A program made the translations under genes and the position numbers. DNA of 64,000 nt. Origin: Rhodoferax sp. GTDB taxonomy: Bacteria > Pseudomonadota > Gammaproteobacteria > Burkholderiales > Burkholderiaceae_C. Below are positions 43,654 through 54,422 of the stretch, one piece after another (position 1 is the first letter of the stretch; the number at the start of each line of letters is the position of its first letter). The notes beneath the pieces are model-generated. The model did no database searches. It had not been told where the DNA came from and saw only the letters and a program-made list of their open reading frames with translations. Location of the stretch: NCBI RefSeq assembly GCF_028688795.1, contig NZ_JAQTXM010000014.1, forward strand, positions 48,234 to 112,233, in the 5' to 3' direction.

Positions 43654-45561
43654 TCAAATCTCAATCTTCGACCCCAACTCCACCACCGAGTTGCTAGGCA
43701 AGTTCAAGAAATCCGCCGCGCCACTGGCGTTCAAATGCATCTGTGCAAACAGCTTTTCGCGCCACTGTGCCATGCCGCTGCCAATGGTCGGCACCACGGT
43801 GTCACGCGACAGGAAATAGCTGGTGGTCATGGCATCCAGCTCACAACCGCGACCCCGCATGTGGGTCAGGGCCTTGGGCAAATCAGGGTCGTTTTTAAAA
43901 CCGTAGTTCACCACCACCTGCCAGCAATCGTGTCCGAGTGACTCAATACTCAGGCGCTTGTCCATGCCAATCCACGGCACCTCGTGGTTCACCACGGTAA
44001 CAAACAGGTTGATCTCGTGCAGCACCTTGTTGTGTTTAAGGTTGTGCAACATGGCGTTGGGCACGGTACCGGGCGCCGCCGTCAAAAACACCGCCGTACC
44101 CGCCACGCGTACGGGTGGGCTGACAAACACGGCATCCAGGAAGCTAGTCAAGTCAATGGCATCAGCCTGGAGTTTTTTATTGAGCAGGCGCCGGCCATCT
44201 TTCCAGGTGAGCATCAGGGTGAAGACACCCGCCGCGATCAGCAACGGAAACCAGCCACCTTCGAACAACTTGAGCAAATTTGAAGAGAAAAAAGCCAGGT
44301 CAACAACAAAAAAGACACTGGTGGCGCCAAGACACAGCACCAGTGGGAAGTGCCAGGCGTAACGGATGACAAAAAATGTCAGCACCGTGGTGATCAACAT
44401 GTCCAGCGTGACCGCAATGCCATAAGCGGCGGCCAGGTTGCTGGATGATTTGAACAGCAACACCGCCAGCACAATCAGTACAAACAAGCCCCAGTTCACA
44501 AACGGCATGAAAATTTGCCCGGTTTCCTTGACGCTGGTGTGCCAGATCTGAAAACGTGGCAAATAGCCCAGCTGAATCACCTGTTTGGTCACCGAGAACG
44601 CGCCTGTGATCAGGGCCTGCGAGGCAATCACCGTGGCCAGCGTGGCCAGCACCACCAGCGGAATCAGGGCCCAGGCCGGCGCCATCATGTAAAACGGATT
44701 TTTGACGGCGGCCGGATTGCTCAGCAACAAAGCACCCTGACCAAAATAGTTCAGCGTCAGGCACGGCATGACAACCGTGAACCAAGCCAGGCGGATCGGC
44801 TTTTTGCCAAAGTGCCCCATGTCGGCATAAAGCGCCTCACCACCAGTGACACACAACACCACGGCGCCAAGAATGATAAAGGTGGTGAGCGGCTCAGCCC
44901 ACATGAAACCCAGGGCGTAATGCGGGCTGAGCGCCCACAAAATCTCGGGGTTGTGCATGATGTGCGACACGCCCAGCACCGCAATCGTGACAAACCAGAC
45001 CAGCGTGATCGGGCCAAAAAATTTGCCAATGTCGGCGGTGCCACGCTTTTGCACGGCAAATAAACCAAACAAAATCACCAGCGTCAGCGGAATCACCGCT
45101 TTCTTAAAAGTCGGTGACACCACTTCCAGGCCCTCGACAGCGGAGAGCACCGAAATGGCGGGTGTGATGACGCCATCGCCATAAAACAGGCAGGTGCCAA
45201 AAATACCCACCAGCAACAGCACCCGGCGCAACTTGGGTTTGTCCTTGACCGACTGGGACGCAAGCGCCAGCATGGCCACCAAGCCACCTTCACCATTGTT
45301 GTCAGCGCGCAACACCAAGGTGACGTATTTCAGGGAAATGATGACGGTGAGGGTCCAGAAGAAAATCGACAAGATGCCCATCACGTTGTCTACCGTGAAT
45401 GGCACATGGCCGGCACCGAATACTTCCTTGACGGCATACAGCACACTGGTGCCGATGTCGCCATAGACCACACCAATGGCGCCCAGGGTCAGGGCGCGAA
45501 GCGACGATTGAGAGGTTGCCAAATAGCCACCCGGCGCCAATGCGGCCGGGCTCCGTGTCAT
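43654..45561 (-). CDS. kup: KUP/HAK/KT potassium uptake transporter
   Basis: [21 protein letters not shown] signature, 12 TM helices plus a cytoplasmic C-domain, 635 aa. Confidence 0.95.
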   Translation of the reverse strand: MTRSPAALAPGGYLATSQSSLRALTLGAIGVVYGDIGTSVLYAVKEVFGAGHVPFTVDNVMGILSIFFWTLTVIISLKYVTLVLRADNNGEGGLVAMLALASQSVKDKPKLRRVLLLVGIFGTCLFYGDGVITPAISVLSAVEGLEVVSPTFKKAVIPLTLVILFGLFAVQKRGTADIGKFFGPITLVWFVTIAVLGVSHIMHNPEILWALSPHYALGFMWAEPLTTFIILGAVVLCVTGGEALYADMGHFGKKPIRLAWFTVVMPCLTLNYFGQGALLLSNPAAVKNPFYMMAPAWALIPLVVLATLATVIASQALITGAFSVTKQVIQLGYLPRFQIWHTSVKETGQIFMPFVNWGLFVLIVLAVLLFKSSSNLAAAYGIAVTLDMLITTVLTFFVIRYAWHFPLVLCLGATSVFFVVDLAFFSSNLLKLFEGGWFPLLIAAGVFTLMLTWKDGRRLLNKKLQADAIDLTSFLDAVFVSPPVRVAGTAVFLTAAPGTVPNAMLHNLKHNKVLHEINLFVTVVNHEVPWIGMDKRLSIESLGHDCWQVVVNYGFKNDPDLPKALTHMRGRGCELDAMTTSYFLSRDTVVPTIGSGMAQWREKLFAQMHLNASGAADFLNLPSNSVVELGSKIEI

Positions 45562-45593
45562 GAAGGAACGCTATTTTGCGTCAGAACGCCCGG

Positions 45594-46889
45594 CTACTCG
45601 AAATCTTGTGCATCCGGGTCGGTGGCTTCCAACTCGTAACTGGCCGCCAACATGGCCAAGCGCCCCACCACGCCGTACATGTAAAAACGGTTCGGCACAC
45701 TGGCGCCGGGCTTGACGCCAGGTTGTGGCAACTGGGTGCTGTGCTCAAAGGCCAGTGGCACGTAGCCAGCGCCCGGTGCGTTGAGGTTTTCATCCACACC
45801 ACGCCCGGCATGCACGCGGTAGAAACCGCCCACCACGTAACGGTCCATCATGTAGATCACCGGCTCGGCCACGGCGTCGTTGACGCGCTCTTGTGTCTGC
45901 ACGCCCTCTTGCACCATGAAATCATGCGTGAGCCAAGGCGTTTTTCGGCCTTTGGAGAGCGTCTGGATGCGCTCTTGCAGCGCCTGCATGTCCTTGCCGT
46001 CGCGCACCGTAACAATGCCCAACTCGTGGGTGCCGTTATCGGCCTTGACCACCACAAATGGTTTTTCCTTGATACCGTACTCTTTGTACTTGCGTTTGAC
46101 TCGGGTGAGCACCGCATCAACCTGGGTTTGCAGGCTATCCAGTCCGATGCTCTCATTCAGGTTGACGTTTTCGCAGCGGTCAAACAAGGGGTAAATCAGC
46201 CACGGGTCAACGCCCAGCAGCTTGCCCAGGCGCTTGGCCACTTCCTCGTAACATTTGAAATGTGTGCTTTTACGTCGCGTTGGCCAGCCCGCGTGCAGTG
46301 GCGGTAGCAGGTACTGCTCATGCAGGTCTTCCAGAATGCCGGGCACGCCCGCACGCAAATCATTGTTGAGCAAAATCGTACAGGGGTCGAAGTCTTTGAG
46401 GCCGAGGCGACGCTTGCCTCGAATGACGGGCTCAAGGGTGATCTTTTCACCACTTTGCAACTCAAACGTGGTGTTTTTCTTGACGGCCGGGTCAATCGAG
46501 CCCAGACGCACGTTCAGGCCCGCCATGTTGAAAATGCGTTGCAACTGGGCCAGGTTGGCCAGGTAAAAGCTGCTTTGATTGCCGTTTTCGGGAATCACCA
46601 GCAGGTTACGCGCCTCCGGACAAATCTTCTCGATGGCAGCCATGGCCGCCTGCACGCCCAGCGGCAGCATTTCGGACGTCAGGTTGTTCCAGCCGCTGGG
46701 AAACAGGTTGGTGTCCACCGGTGACAGCTTGAAGCCGGCATTGCGCACATCCACCGAGCTGTAAAACGGCGGGGTGTGCTCCATCCATTCCAAGCGAAAC
46801 CAGCGCTCAATGGCAGGCATGGAGTCCAGCACACGCTGCTCCAATTCGTTGATGGGGCCAGTCAGGGCGGTAATCAGGTGCGGAACCAT
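45594..46889 (-). CDS. gshA: Glutamate--cysteine ligase (beta-proteobacterial GshA type)
   Basis: Start MVPHLITALTGPINELEQRVLDSMPAIERWFRLEW (ATG 46889). FYSSVDVRNAGFKLSPVDTNLFPSGWNNL block as in this GshA lineage. Confidence 0.9.
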   Translation of the reverse strand: MVPHLITALTGPINELEQRVLDSMPAIERWFRLEWMEHTPPFYSSVDVRNAGFKLSPVDTNLFPSGWNNLTSEMLPLGVQAAMAAIEKICPEARNLLVIPENGNQSSFYLANLAQLQRIFNMAGLNVRLGSIDPAVKKNTTFELQSGEKITLEPVIRGKRRLGLKDFDPCTILLNNDLRAGVPGILEDLHEQYLLPPLHAGWPTRRKSTHFKCYEEVAKRLGKLLGVDPWLIYPLFDRCENVNLNESIGLDSLQTQVDAVLTRVKRKYKEYGIKEKPFVVVKADNGTHELGIVTVRDGKDMQALQERIQTLSKGRKTPWLTHDFMVQEGVQTQERVNDAVAEPVIYMMDRYVVGGFYRVHAGRGVDENLNAPGAGYVPLAFEHSTQLPQPGVKPGASVPNRFYMYGVVGRLAMLAASYELEATDPDAQDFE

Positions 46890-47032
46890 AGGAGAAACCT
46901 TGCAAAGTGTGGTTATTGATTTTAGAGCGAGGTCATGACAGTAAAACACATGACGCCTGACGTTCAGGCCAACCCGTCAGAGCAAGGCCTACGGCATAAG
47001 TTCCATCAACCGGTCAAGCTCTGGGCACAGGA

Positions 47033-48367
47033 TCAAGCTCGGACTTCACCCTCGCCCAGCACCACGTACTTGAGCGAGGTCAGGCCCTCAATACCGACCG
47101 GGCCGCGGGCGTGAAACTTGTCGGTAGAAATGCCGATTTCGGCCCCCAGGCCGTACTCGAAGCCATCGGCAAATCGGGTGCTGGTGTTGACCATGACACT
47201 GGCCGAATCGACCTCCCGCAAAAACTGTTGCGCATGCATGTGGTCACGCGTCAGGATGGCATCGGTGTGGTGGCTGGAATACTGGTTGATGTGCGCAATG
47301 GCTTCATCCACGCCGGCCACCACTTTGATGCTGATGATCGGCGCCAGGTATTCCTCAAACCAGTCCGCTTCTTGCGCCAGCACCAGCACTGGCGGCTTGA
47401 TTACTACATTTTCAATAGCTAATAGCGCTTTATCTACGGGGGCTAGAGGCCAATTTTCCTTAAGGATTTCCAGTGTCTCGGCATCACAACGCATCTCGAC
47501 ACCTTTGTCAGCATAGATTCGCCCAATCAGCGGCAAAAAATCTGCGGCCACGCCGCGCGCCACCAACAGGCTTTCGGTCGCGTTGCAGGGGCTGTATTTG
47601 CTGGTCTTGGCGTTGTCGGCCACCTTGACAGCCATGTCGATGTCGCACGGGTCGTCCACATAGGTGTGGCAATTGCCGTCCAGATGCTTGATGACCGGCA
47701 CCTTGGCATCACGGCTGATGCGCTCAATCAGTCCCTTGCCGCCGCGCGGAATGATCACATCCACATACTGCGGCATGGTGATGAGCTGGCCCACCACCTC
47801 ACGGTCGGTGGTTTGGACCAGTTGCACGGCGTTGGCTGGCAAACCTGATGCGGTGAGTGCCTGCTGCACCAGTTTGGCCAGCGCCTTGTTGGAGTCAATC
47901 GCTTCTGAGCCACCGCGCAGAATGCAGGCATTGCCGCTTTTGATGCTCAAGGACGCAGCCTCGATGGTGACGTTGGGTCGGCTCTCAAAGATCATGCCAA
48001 ACACGCCAATCGGCACGCGCATTTGCCCCACGCGGATGCCGCTGGGTTGCTGGCGCAGCGCGGTGATCTCGCCAATGATGTCGGCCATGGCGGCCAGTTG
48101 CTCGCAGCCCTGGGCACAGGTTTCGATCACTTTGGGCGTCAGCTTCAGGCGGTCCACCATTGGAGCGGCCAAGCCAGCCGCGATGGCGCGCTCAATGTCT
48201 TTGGCGTTGTCAAGCTGCAGCGCGTCCACGTTGGCACGCAGCAACTTTGCCAGGGTGCGCAAAGCTACATTTTTAGTAGCTGCTTGCGCCTTAGCCATAA
48301 GGGCTGAGGCCTGTTTTGCCTGCAAACCAAGGGTTTGGGCGTAGTCGGTGATGTTGAGTGCGTTCAT
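47033..48367 (-). CDS. proA: Gamma-glutamyl phosphate reductase
   Basis: Start [21 protein letters not shown] (ATG 48367). ...IFESRPNVT..., ...ILRGGSEA..., ...[10 protein letters not shown]..., ...HTDAILT..., ...[17 protein letters not shown]... Contains repeat copies G and H. Confidence 0.95.
   Translation of the reverse strand: MNALNITDYAQTLGLQAKQASALMAKAQAATKNVALRTLAKLLRANVDALQLDNAKDIERAIAAGLAAPMVDRLKLTPKVIETCAQGCEQLAAMADIIGEITALRQQPSGIRVGQMRVPIGVFGMIFESRPNVTIEAASLSIKSGNACILRGGSEAIDSNKALAKLVQQALTASGLPANAVQLVQTTDREVVGQLITMPQYVDVIIPRGGKGLIERISRDAKVPVIKHLDGNCHTYVDDPCDIDMAVKVADNAKTSKYSPCNATESLLVARGVAADFLPLIGRIYADKGVEMRCDAETLEILKENWPLAPVDKALLAIENVVIKPPVLVLAQEADWFEEYLAPIISIKVVAGVDEAIAHINQYSSHHTDAILTRDHMHAQQFLREVDSASVMVNTSTRFADGFEYGLGAEIGISTDKFHARGPVGIEGLTSLKYVVLGEGEVRA
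47403..47470 (+). repeat. Repeat copy G, antisense, inside proA (apparent 17-codon insertion)
   Basis: ACTACattttcaATAGCTAATAGCGCtttatctacGGGGGCTAGAGGCCaattttccttaaggatttc. Gene strand peptide [19 protein letters not shown]. Confidence 0.9.
48254..48312 (+). repeat. Repeat copy H, antisense, inside the conserved N-terminal helix of proA (no length change)
   Basis: GCTACatttttaGTAGCTGCTTGCGCcttagccataaGGGCTGAGGCCtgttttgcc. About 78 % identical to copy F by hand alignment, same frame as copy G. Peptide [18 protein letters not shown]. Confidence 0.75.
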
Positions 48368-48495
48368 ATCGTGTTTGGCCTGAGAAGCTGCAAGGAAGCG
48401 GCTTGCATTTTGGCAGAGTTGGCTTGCCGACCACACAGAACGCATCGGCGCAAGCCCTGTGAGTATGATTCGCCCCTTCGGAATAATTGCGCCAG

Positions 48496-50655
48496 ATGTC
48501 TTCCCCCTCCCCCAACACCGGCCTGAACCTGGCCCAGCAAGAAGCTGTGAACTACCTGCACGGCCCTTGCCTGGTGCTGGCCGGAGCGGGTTCGGGCAAA
48601 ACGCGCGTCATCACCCACAAAATTGGCGCGCTGATCAAGGCTGGCGTGCCGGCCAAGCGCATTTTTGCCATCACCTTCACCAACAAGGCCGCGTCTGAAA
48701 TGCGCGAACGCGCCCGCGGGCTGATTGGCCGCGCCGCAAAAGACGCAGTGATCAGCACCTTTCATGCCTTGGGCGTGCGCCTGCTGCGTGAAGATGGTGC
48801 GGCACTGGGCCTGAAGCCCAATTTTTCGATTCTGGACAGCGATGACGTCACCAGCATCCTGAAAGACGCTGGCGGCAGTGTCGATGCCGCTACCGCGCGC
48901 AGCTGGCAGTGGGCCATCAGCGCCTGGAAAAACCAGGGCCTTAACTCGGCAGCGGCAGAGGCACAGGCCAGCACTGACAGTGAGCGCATCACCGCCCGCG
49001 TGATGGCGCATTACGAAGAACGCCTGTCGGCCTACCAGAGCGTGGACTTTGACGACCTGATCAGCCTGCCGCTTAAATTGCTACAAAACCACGAGCACGT
49101 CAGGCACAAATGGCAGGCGCTGGTGGGCCATATTCTGGTGGACGAATACCAGGACACCAACGCCACCCAGTACGACTTACTGAAACTCTTGGTGGGTGGC
49201 AAAGACCCGGCAAACGCGCGTTTTACCGCCGTGGGCGACGACGACCAGTCGATTTATGGCTGGCGCGGCGCCACGCTGGACAACCTGAAAAAGCTGCCCA
49301 TTGAGTTCCCCACGCTCAAGGTCATCAAGCTGGAGCAAAACTACCGCTCCACGTCGGCCATTCTGCGCGCCGCCAACAACGTGATTGGCCCCAACCCCAA
49401 GCTCTACCCCAAAAACCTGTGGAGCGACCTGGGCGAAGGCGAGCCGGTGCGCGTGGTCGATGCCGACTCCGAAGAACACGAGGCCGAGCGCACCATTGCC
49501 CGTATCCAGGGCCTGCGCGCCAGCGGCCTGAACCAGCCTGGGCCGCAGTTCCAGGAACTCCGCGACTTTGCCATCCTGTACCGCGCCAACCACCAGGCCA
49601 AAACATTTGAGAAAGCGCTGCGCAAGGCGCAAATTCCTTACAAGGTATCGGGCGGCACGAGCTTTTTTGACCGTGCTGAGATCAAGGACCTGTGCGCCTG
49701 GTTTCGCCTGTGGATCAACAACAACGATGACCCGGCTTTTTTGCGTGCTGTGACCACGCCCAAGCGCGGCATTGGCCACCAGACGCTCGGCCACTTGGGT
49801 GACTTTGCTGGCAAATACCGGTTGAGCATGTTTGAGGCGCTGTTCTCCAGCAGTCTGGGCAGCGTGATCTCCGGCAAGGCGCTGGGCAGCCTGCACGAGT
49901 TTGGCCGCGAGGTGAATGACCTGGAATTTCGCGCGCGCCACACGCTGGGCGCTGAGGCGGCCAAAACATTTTTGCTGGATTGGCTCAAAGCCATTGGTTT
50001 TGAGCAGTACCTGATTGATGGTGAAGACAGCGACAAAGTAGCCGTCGCCCGCTGGGGCAACGTGCTGGATTTTGTCGACTGGATGAGCGGACGCTGCGGC
50101 GGCCAGGTGGAAGACGCCTCTGGCGTCAACGCCGCGGGCGAGGTGAAATCTTTGCTGGAAGTGGCGCAAACCGTGTCCTTGCTGTCCACCATCAGCGAGC
50201 GCGAAAAAGACCAAAACGTGGTGACCCTGTCGACCCTGCACGCCGCCAAAGGGCTGGAATGGCCGCATGTGATGCTGGTGGGCGTGACCGAAGGCATGCT
50301 GCCATTCAAACTGCGCGACAACCCTGACGATGCGTCCTCCGGCAAGGAGTCGGCCGCGCAGCGCGCCGCAGCCCAGGAAGCGGCAAGTGAAACACTCACC
50401 ACCCACCTGCAGGAAGAACGCCGCCTGATGTATGTGGGCATCACCCGCGCCCAGCGCAGTCTAGCCGTGAGCTGGACGCGCAAGCGTAAAAAAGGCCGCG
50501 AAATGGTTCAGGCCCAGCCCAGCCGCTTCATTGCCGAGATGGGGCTGGACCAAGCCACCACCCGCGAAGATCCGCGCGAAAAGCTCAGAGCCTTGCGTGC
50601 TGAGTTTGCGCAAAAGGCGCAGGACAGTGCAGCGGCGCGGGCGCTGGTCAAATAA
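48496..50655 (+). CDS. rep: UvrD/Rep-family SF1A DNA helicase (Rep-like)
   Basis: [56 protein letters not shown]..., [20 protein letters not shown]. Confidence 0.85.
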   Translation: MSSPSPNTGLNLAQQEAVNYLHGPCLVLAGAGSGKTRVITHKIGALIKAGVPAKRIFAITFTNKAASEMRERARGLIGRAAKDAVISTFHALGVRLLREDGAALGLKPNFSILDSDDVTSILKDAGGSVDAATARSWQWAISAWKNQGLNSAAAEAQASTDSERITARVMAHYEERLSAYQSVDFDDLISLPLKLLQNHEHVRHKWQALVGHILVDEYQDTNATQYDLLKLLVGGKDPANARFTAVGDDDQSIYGWRGATLDNLKKLPIEFPTLKVIKLEQNYRSTSAILRAANNVIGPNPKLYPKNLWSDLGEGEPVRVVDADSEEHEAERTIARIQGLRASGLNQPGPQFQELRDFAILYRANHQAKTFEKALRKAQIPYKVSGGTSFFDRAEIKDLCAWFRLWINNNDDPAFLRAVTTPKRGIGHQTLGHLGDFAGKYRLSMFEALFSSSLGSVISGKALGSLHEFGREVNDLEFRARHTLGAEAAKTFLLDWLKAIGFEQYLIDGEDSDKVAVARWGNVLDFVDWMSGRCGGQVEDASGVNAAGEVKSLLEVAQTVSLLSTISEREKDQNVVTLSTLHAAKGLEWPHVMLVGVTEGMLPFKLRDNPDDASSGKESAAQRAAAQEAASETLTTHLQEERRLMYVGITRAQRSLAVSWTRKRKKGREMVQAQPSRFIAEMGLDQATTREDPREKLRALRAEFAQKAQDSAAARALVK

Positions 50656-50692
50656 GCTACCGGCCGAAAAAATTAAACCATCAGGACAGACT

Positions 50693-51937
50693 ATGAAGTT
50701 GACAAATGCCAGGGCGCGCAGGCGCATACACAGTGCAACACCGCCAACCAAAGTGACAATAATCACTCTATATTTGATAGCTGCTTGCACAATATCCACG
50801 GGCGCTACAGCCCATAATCTTATAAATTCTACAGCAGATGACAAGACCTCGGGTTGGCAGCGATGCAGCAGTCTGGGTGCCGACAGTGCGGCCCGTCTGA
50901 GCTGTTTTGACGCGTGGGCCGCACAACAAAGTGCGTCGATGCGCTTGGCATCTGAGCCAGCCTCGGCCAACAACCTGACCGCCGATGTTGGGCCACTCGC
51001 CGCCCCAACACCAGCCAAGGCACCGGCCGTGGCACCCGTGGTCATCACCATGACCGCACCCGAAGCGCACAACTGCAAGAACCCCATTTTTTCCGAACTC
51101 TCTCGCTTTTGGGAGCTGGAAGCCGGCAGCGACTGCGGCACCTTTGGCATTCGGGGCTACCACCCCATAGCTTTAAGCTGGATTGGTTCGGACAGTGTCA
51201 ACGAGCAGCCCACCTCACCCACGCCGGCCAACAACGCCACAAGCGCCCAGGCGTTCAAAACCACCGAAATGCGCATTGGTGTGTCGGTGCGCACCAAAAT
51301 TGCCCAGGGGCTGCTGACGCAAGACCAGCCACTCCAGCGCGATTCCTTGTGGTTTGGTTACTCGCAGCAGTCCAACTGGCAACTCTTCAGTGGCGATTTG
51401 TCACGCCCGTTTCGCACCACCGACCACGAGCCTGAGCTGATCTACATCTACCCGACCGATCTGGCGCTGCCCCTGGGTTGGCGCCTGCGCTACAGCGGCA
51501 TCAGCTTTAACCACCAGTCCAACGGCCAGCCCCTGCCGCTGTCCAGAAGCTGGAACCGCACGATTTTGATGGCCGGCATGGAAAAGGGAAACACCTTTCA
51601 TGTGCAGGGCAAGCTGTGGTACCGCACGCCTGATGGCGACGGCACCGATGACAACCCCGACATTGCCAACCTGATTGGCCGCGCCGAAGTGATGGGCTAC
51701 TGGAACGTCAACCCCGACAACGCGCTGAGCCTGACACTGCGCCACTCCTTGCGCGCCAATGCCAACGGTTCAACGCGCGTGGAATGGCTTAAGAAACTGG
51801 GCAGCAGCGGTTTTGTTGGCAGCAACAGCGGCCTGCGGCTTCACACGCAGCTGTTCTCAGGTTACGGCGACTCGCTGATTGACTACAACCGCCGACGCAC
51901 GGTGCTCAGTGTGGGTTTGAGTTTGGTGGATTGGTAA
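50693..51937 (+). CDS. pldA: Outer-membrane phospholipase A (OMPLA)
   Basis: Start MKLTNARARRR (ATG 50693). ...EPELIYIYP..., catalytic FNHQSNG, ...SWNR..., C-terminal beta-barrel ending ...GLSLVDW. Signal peptide encoded by repeat copy J. Confidence 0.85.
   Translation: MKLTNARARRRIHSATPPTKVTIITLYLIAACTISTGATAHNLINSTADDKTSGWQRCSSLGADSAARLSCFDAWAAQQSASMRLASEPASANNLTADVGPLAAPTPAKAPAVAPVVITMTAPEAHNCKNPIFSELSRFWELEAGSDCGTFGIRGYHPIALSWIGSDSVNEQPTSPTPANNATSAQAFKTTEMRIGVSVRTKIAQGLLTQDQPLQRDSLWFGYSQQSNWQLFSGDLSRPFRTTDHEPELIYIYPTDLALPLGWRLRYSGISFNHQSNGQPLPLSRSWNRTILMAGMEKGNTFHVQGKLWYRTPDGDGTDDNPDIANLIGRAEVMGYWNVNPDNALSLTLRHSLRANANGSTRVEWLKKLGSSGFVGSNSGLRLHTQLFSGYGDSLIDYNRRRTVLSVGLSLVDW
50766..50830 (+). 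repeat. Repeat copy J, sense, inside pldA (signal-peptide region)
   Basis: CTCTAtatttgATAGCTGCTTGCACaatatccacGGGCGCTACAGCCCataatcttATAAATTct. Peptide ITLYLIAACTISTGATAHNLINS. Confidence 0.9.
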
Positions 51938-51946
51938 GCTTCGGTA

Positions 51947-53530
51947 TCAACCCAACGGGTGGCACAGCCGGACCCCATCGCGCCCAGCCGCTTTTGCGCG
52001 GTACATGGCATCGTCTGCGCCTTTGGTCAACGCGCTGGCATCGGTGCCATCCTCGGGGTAGACGGCCACCCCAACACTGCATGAAATGGCCAGCTGATGC
52101 CCAGCCACCACGAAGGGCGACTTCAGGGCTTGGTGGAGCTTGTTCGCCAACGCAAGGATGGTGTCTGATTCGCTGAGGTGGGCCAACAACACGACAAATT
52201 CATCGCCACCAATGCGGGCAACGGTGTCTGCAGCCCGCACGCTAGCCAACAGCTGTTTGGCCACCTGCCGCAATACCTGATCACCCACGTCGTGACCAAA
52301 GTTGTCGTTGATGGGTTTGAAATGGTCGATGTCAAGAAAAACCATGGCAAAGCGCCCACCTTGGCGTTTGGCGCGGGCCAGCTCCTGGTCAAGGCGATCA
52401 TTGAACAAGGCACGGTTGGGCAGCCCCGTCAACGTGTCGTGCTGTGCCATGTGCCGCAACTCTTCCGTCATGGCGGCAGCAAGGCCCAAAGCCCGTTCGC
52501 GGCCATTGATCATCAACCAGGTCAGCAGTGCCAGCAGCAGGCTCAAGAACACACCCGCCACGGCAATCACTGTCTCAGCTCCCCGTCCATAGCGGTCCTC
52601 GAATAACGCTTGTGTGCGCAACGACAGGGTCCAGTTGTGGCCTGCCACGACCATGTATTCATTGGCGCTGACAGCGGCGGTCTGTCTCTGGGCTTCATCA
52701 ATGGCTGCGACGCCACCTGTGCGGTACAGCAAAGAGGTGTCTTTGCCATCTGTTCCGTCATAGATGGCAAGGGTGAGTCCAAGCGGCTGGTTCCCATACA
52801 AACTTGCCATGAAGTCATTCATGTGAAAGGCCGCATAAACCCATCCAATCAACTGGGCACGCCGCTGGGCGATGCTGTCATGTGGCTGGCCCTGCGCATA
52901 AATCGGCAAATACATGATGAAACCGGGCGGCGCCCCGGACTGGGTATCCGCTTTCAGCTGAACCTTGCCAGAAATGGCAGGCATGCCGGAATCGCGGGCC
53001 CTCTCAAGAGCCATCCGCCGCATGGGGTCAAGCCAGACGTCGCTGCCCGGCGGCGCTCGATTTCGGCCCACATAGGGCTCCCGCTGCACGATCGGGGCAT
53101 AAACTTCACGTGGCCCGTCAGGGTCAATGACGTAGTCCGGGAAACCCGCGCTGCGCATGTTGACCAGATGCGCTGCCTTGTCCTGCTTCGACACCCAAGC
53201 CACCACGCCGATGGCCTGGATGCCGGAAAAATTGGCGTCAAGCTGCAGGGTTTCCACATAGTCGTGCAAGGCAGCACGATTCTTCAGGGGGGTTGTGGCA
53301 AAAAGCGACTGCACGCCTCGCAACATTTGCTCGTAGCCCAAAACACGTTGTTCAACGCGGCTGACGGTTTCACGCAGGGCAAAGTCAAACTGCGAACGCA
53401 AGGCGTGGCTGGCATTCTGACGCTCGTGGTCCCAGGTAAACCAGGTGACACCGAGCGTCATCATCAAGACAAACCAAGGCAGCAGCATCAGGAGAGCACG
53501 TGTTGCGGCGTTGTTGAGGGGTGTGCTCAT
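51947..53530 (-). CDS. CHASE-domain diguanylate cyclase
   Basis: N-terminal TM, periplasmic CHASE-like region, second TM, GGDEF domain with RIGGDEFVVLL. Confidence 0.9.
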   Translation of the reverse strand: MSTPLNNAATRALLMLLPWFVLMMTLGVTWFTWDHERQNASHALRSQFDFALRETVSRVEQRVLGYEQMLRGVQSLFATTPLKNRAALHDYVETLQLDANFSGIQAIGVVAWVSKQDKAAHLVNMRSAGFPDYVIDPDGPREVYAPIVQREPYVGRNRAPPGSDVWLDPMRRMALERARDSGMPAISGKVQLKADTQSGAPPGFIMYLPIYAQGQPHDSIAQRRAQLIGWVYAAFHMNDFMASLYGNQPLGLTLAIYDGTDGKDTSLLYRTGGVAAIDEAQRQTAAVSANEYMVVAGHNWTLSLRTQALFEDRYGRGAETVIAVAGVFLSLLLALLTWLMINGRERALGLAAAMTEELRHMAQHDTLTGLPNRALFNDRLDQELARAKRQGGRFAMVFLDIDHFKPINDNFGHDVGDQVLRQVAKQLLASVRAADTVARIGGDEFVVLLAHLSESDTILALANKLHQALKSPFVVAGHQLAISCSVGVAVYPEDGTDASALTKGADDAMYRAKAAGRDGVRLCHPLG

Positions 53531-53543
53531 GTCCAGGCGTGAA

Positions 53544-54335
53544 TCAGAAATTCACAAGAGAAGCTGCCAGATCAGGTTTGAAATATTTCTCAAAGATCCG
53601 GCGCATGGTGCCGTCCGCACGCATGTCATCAATGATGGCGCGCCAAGCCTTTTGCTGCGCAGTTGAGAGGGCTTTCTTTGACATGATCAGGCCATGGGGC
53701 ACGGGCGCATCGTTGAATTCCAAAATGGTGGTCAGCTCTCGAATCTTCTTTTCCTCCAGCGCCGGAAAGTCAAAGGGCTCGATGATCATTCCCTGAATAC
53801 GTCCCAGCATCAGCGTCTGGTACAGCGGCGCAAGCCCCCCGGCCTGGCTGACACGGTTGGCTTTCTGCAAGGTGTCGACCAGCCGATTGGCGGATTCGCT
53901 GTACCTGAAGCTGCGGATCACACCCAGTTGCAGCGCGTCGTTCTGCTCGAAAGCCGTCAGGTTGCGCACATCGGTATCGTTGCGAACCAGCAGGTAATAT
54001 TTGTTGCTGAAGTACCAGGCAAAACCGGCAAACTTGTCGCGCTCAGCGTTTGTGATGCCTGAGAGACTGAAATCAAGTGCGCCGGACTCGATGAGTTGCC
54101 AGATGCGCGAGCGCGGCATCAGGCTCACCGTCACCTTGCAACCGCTGCGGCGGATGAGTTCGTCGGCCACATCCTTGTCAATCCCGGCATCGGTGTCAGC
54201 TGAGTAGAGCAAACCGTGGTCGTGAAGCGCCAGGGTGTAGGTGCGAAAACAGTCGGCTGTTGCGGCATGGGCGACGCTGACCAAGCCAAATTGGGTGAAC
54301 AGAACCAGCAATGCGAGCAGTAGTCGGCCAAACAT
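53544..54335 (-). CDS. Periplasmic family-3 solute-binding protein
   Basis: Start MFGRLLLALLVLFTQFGLVSVAHA (ATG 54335). PBP-3-like (amino-acid ABC type) pattern. 14 nt upstream of the CHASE-GGDEF gene on the same strand. Confidence 0.8.
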   Translation of the reverse strand: MFGRLLLALLVLFTQFGLVSVAHAATADCFRTYTLALHDHGLLYSADTDAGIDKDVADELIRRSGCKVTVSLMPRSRIWQLIESGALDFSLSGITNAERDKFAGFAWYFSNKYYLLVRNDTDVRNLTAFEQNDALQLGVIRSFRYSESANRLVDTLQKANRVSQAGGLAPLYQTLMLGRIQGMIIEPFDFPALEEKKIRELTTILEFNDAPVPHGLIMSKKALSTAQQKAWRAIIDDMRADGTMRRIFEKYFKPDLAASLVNF

Positions 54336-54422
54336 GGGATTCCTAACAACGTTTTGGTGTTGACTTTTCACCCATGATACAGATTTGCCTCACAGATATG
54401 GGCACTGCAAGGCTGACCGACG

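Noticed and set aside
45562-45593. kup-gshA spacer (GCTATTTTGCGTCAGAACGCCCGGCTACTCGAAAT) as a truncated repeat copy
   Set aside because: It shares only GCTAT, TTGCG and GGCTAC fragments with shortened spacing. Too little to distinguish from chance.
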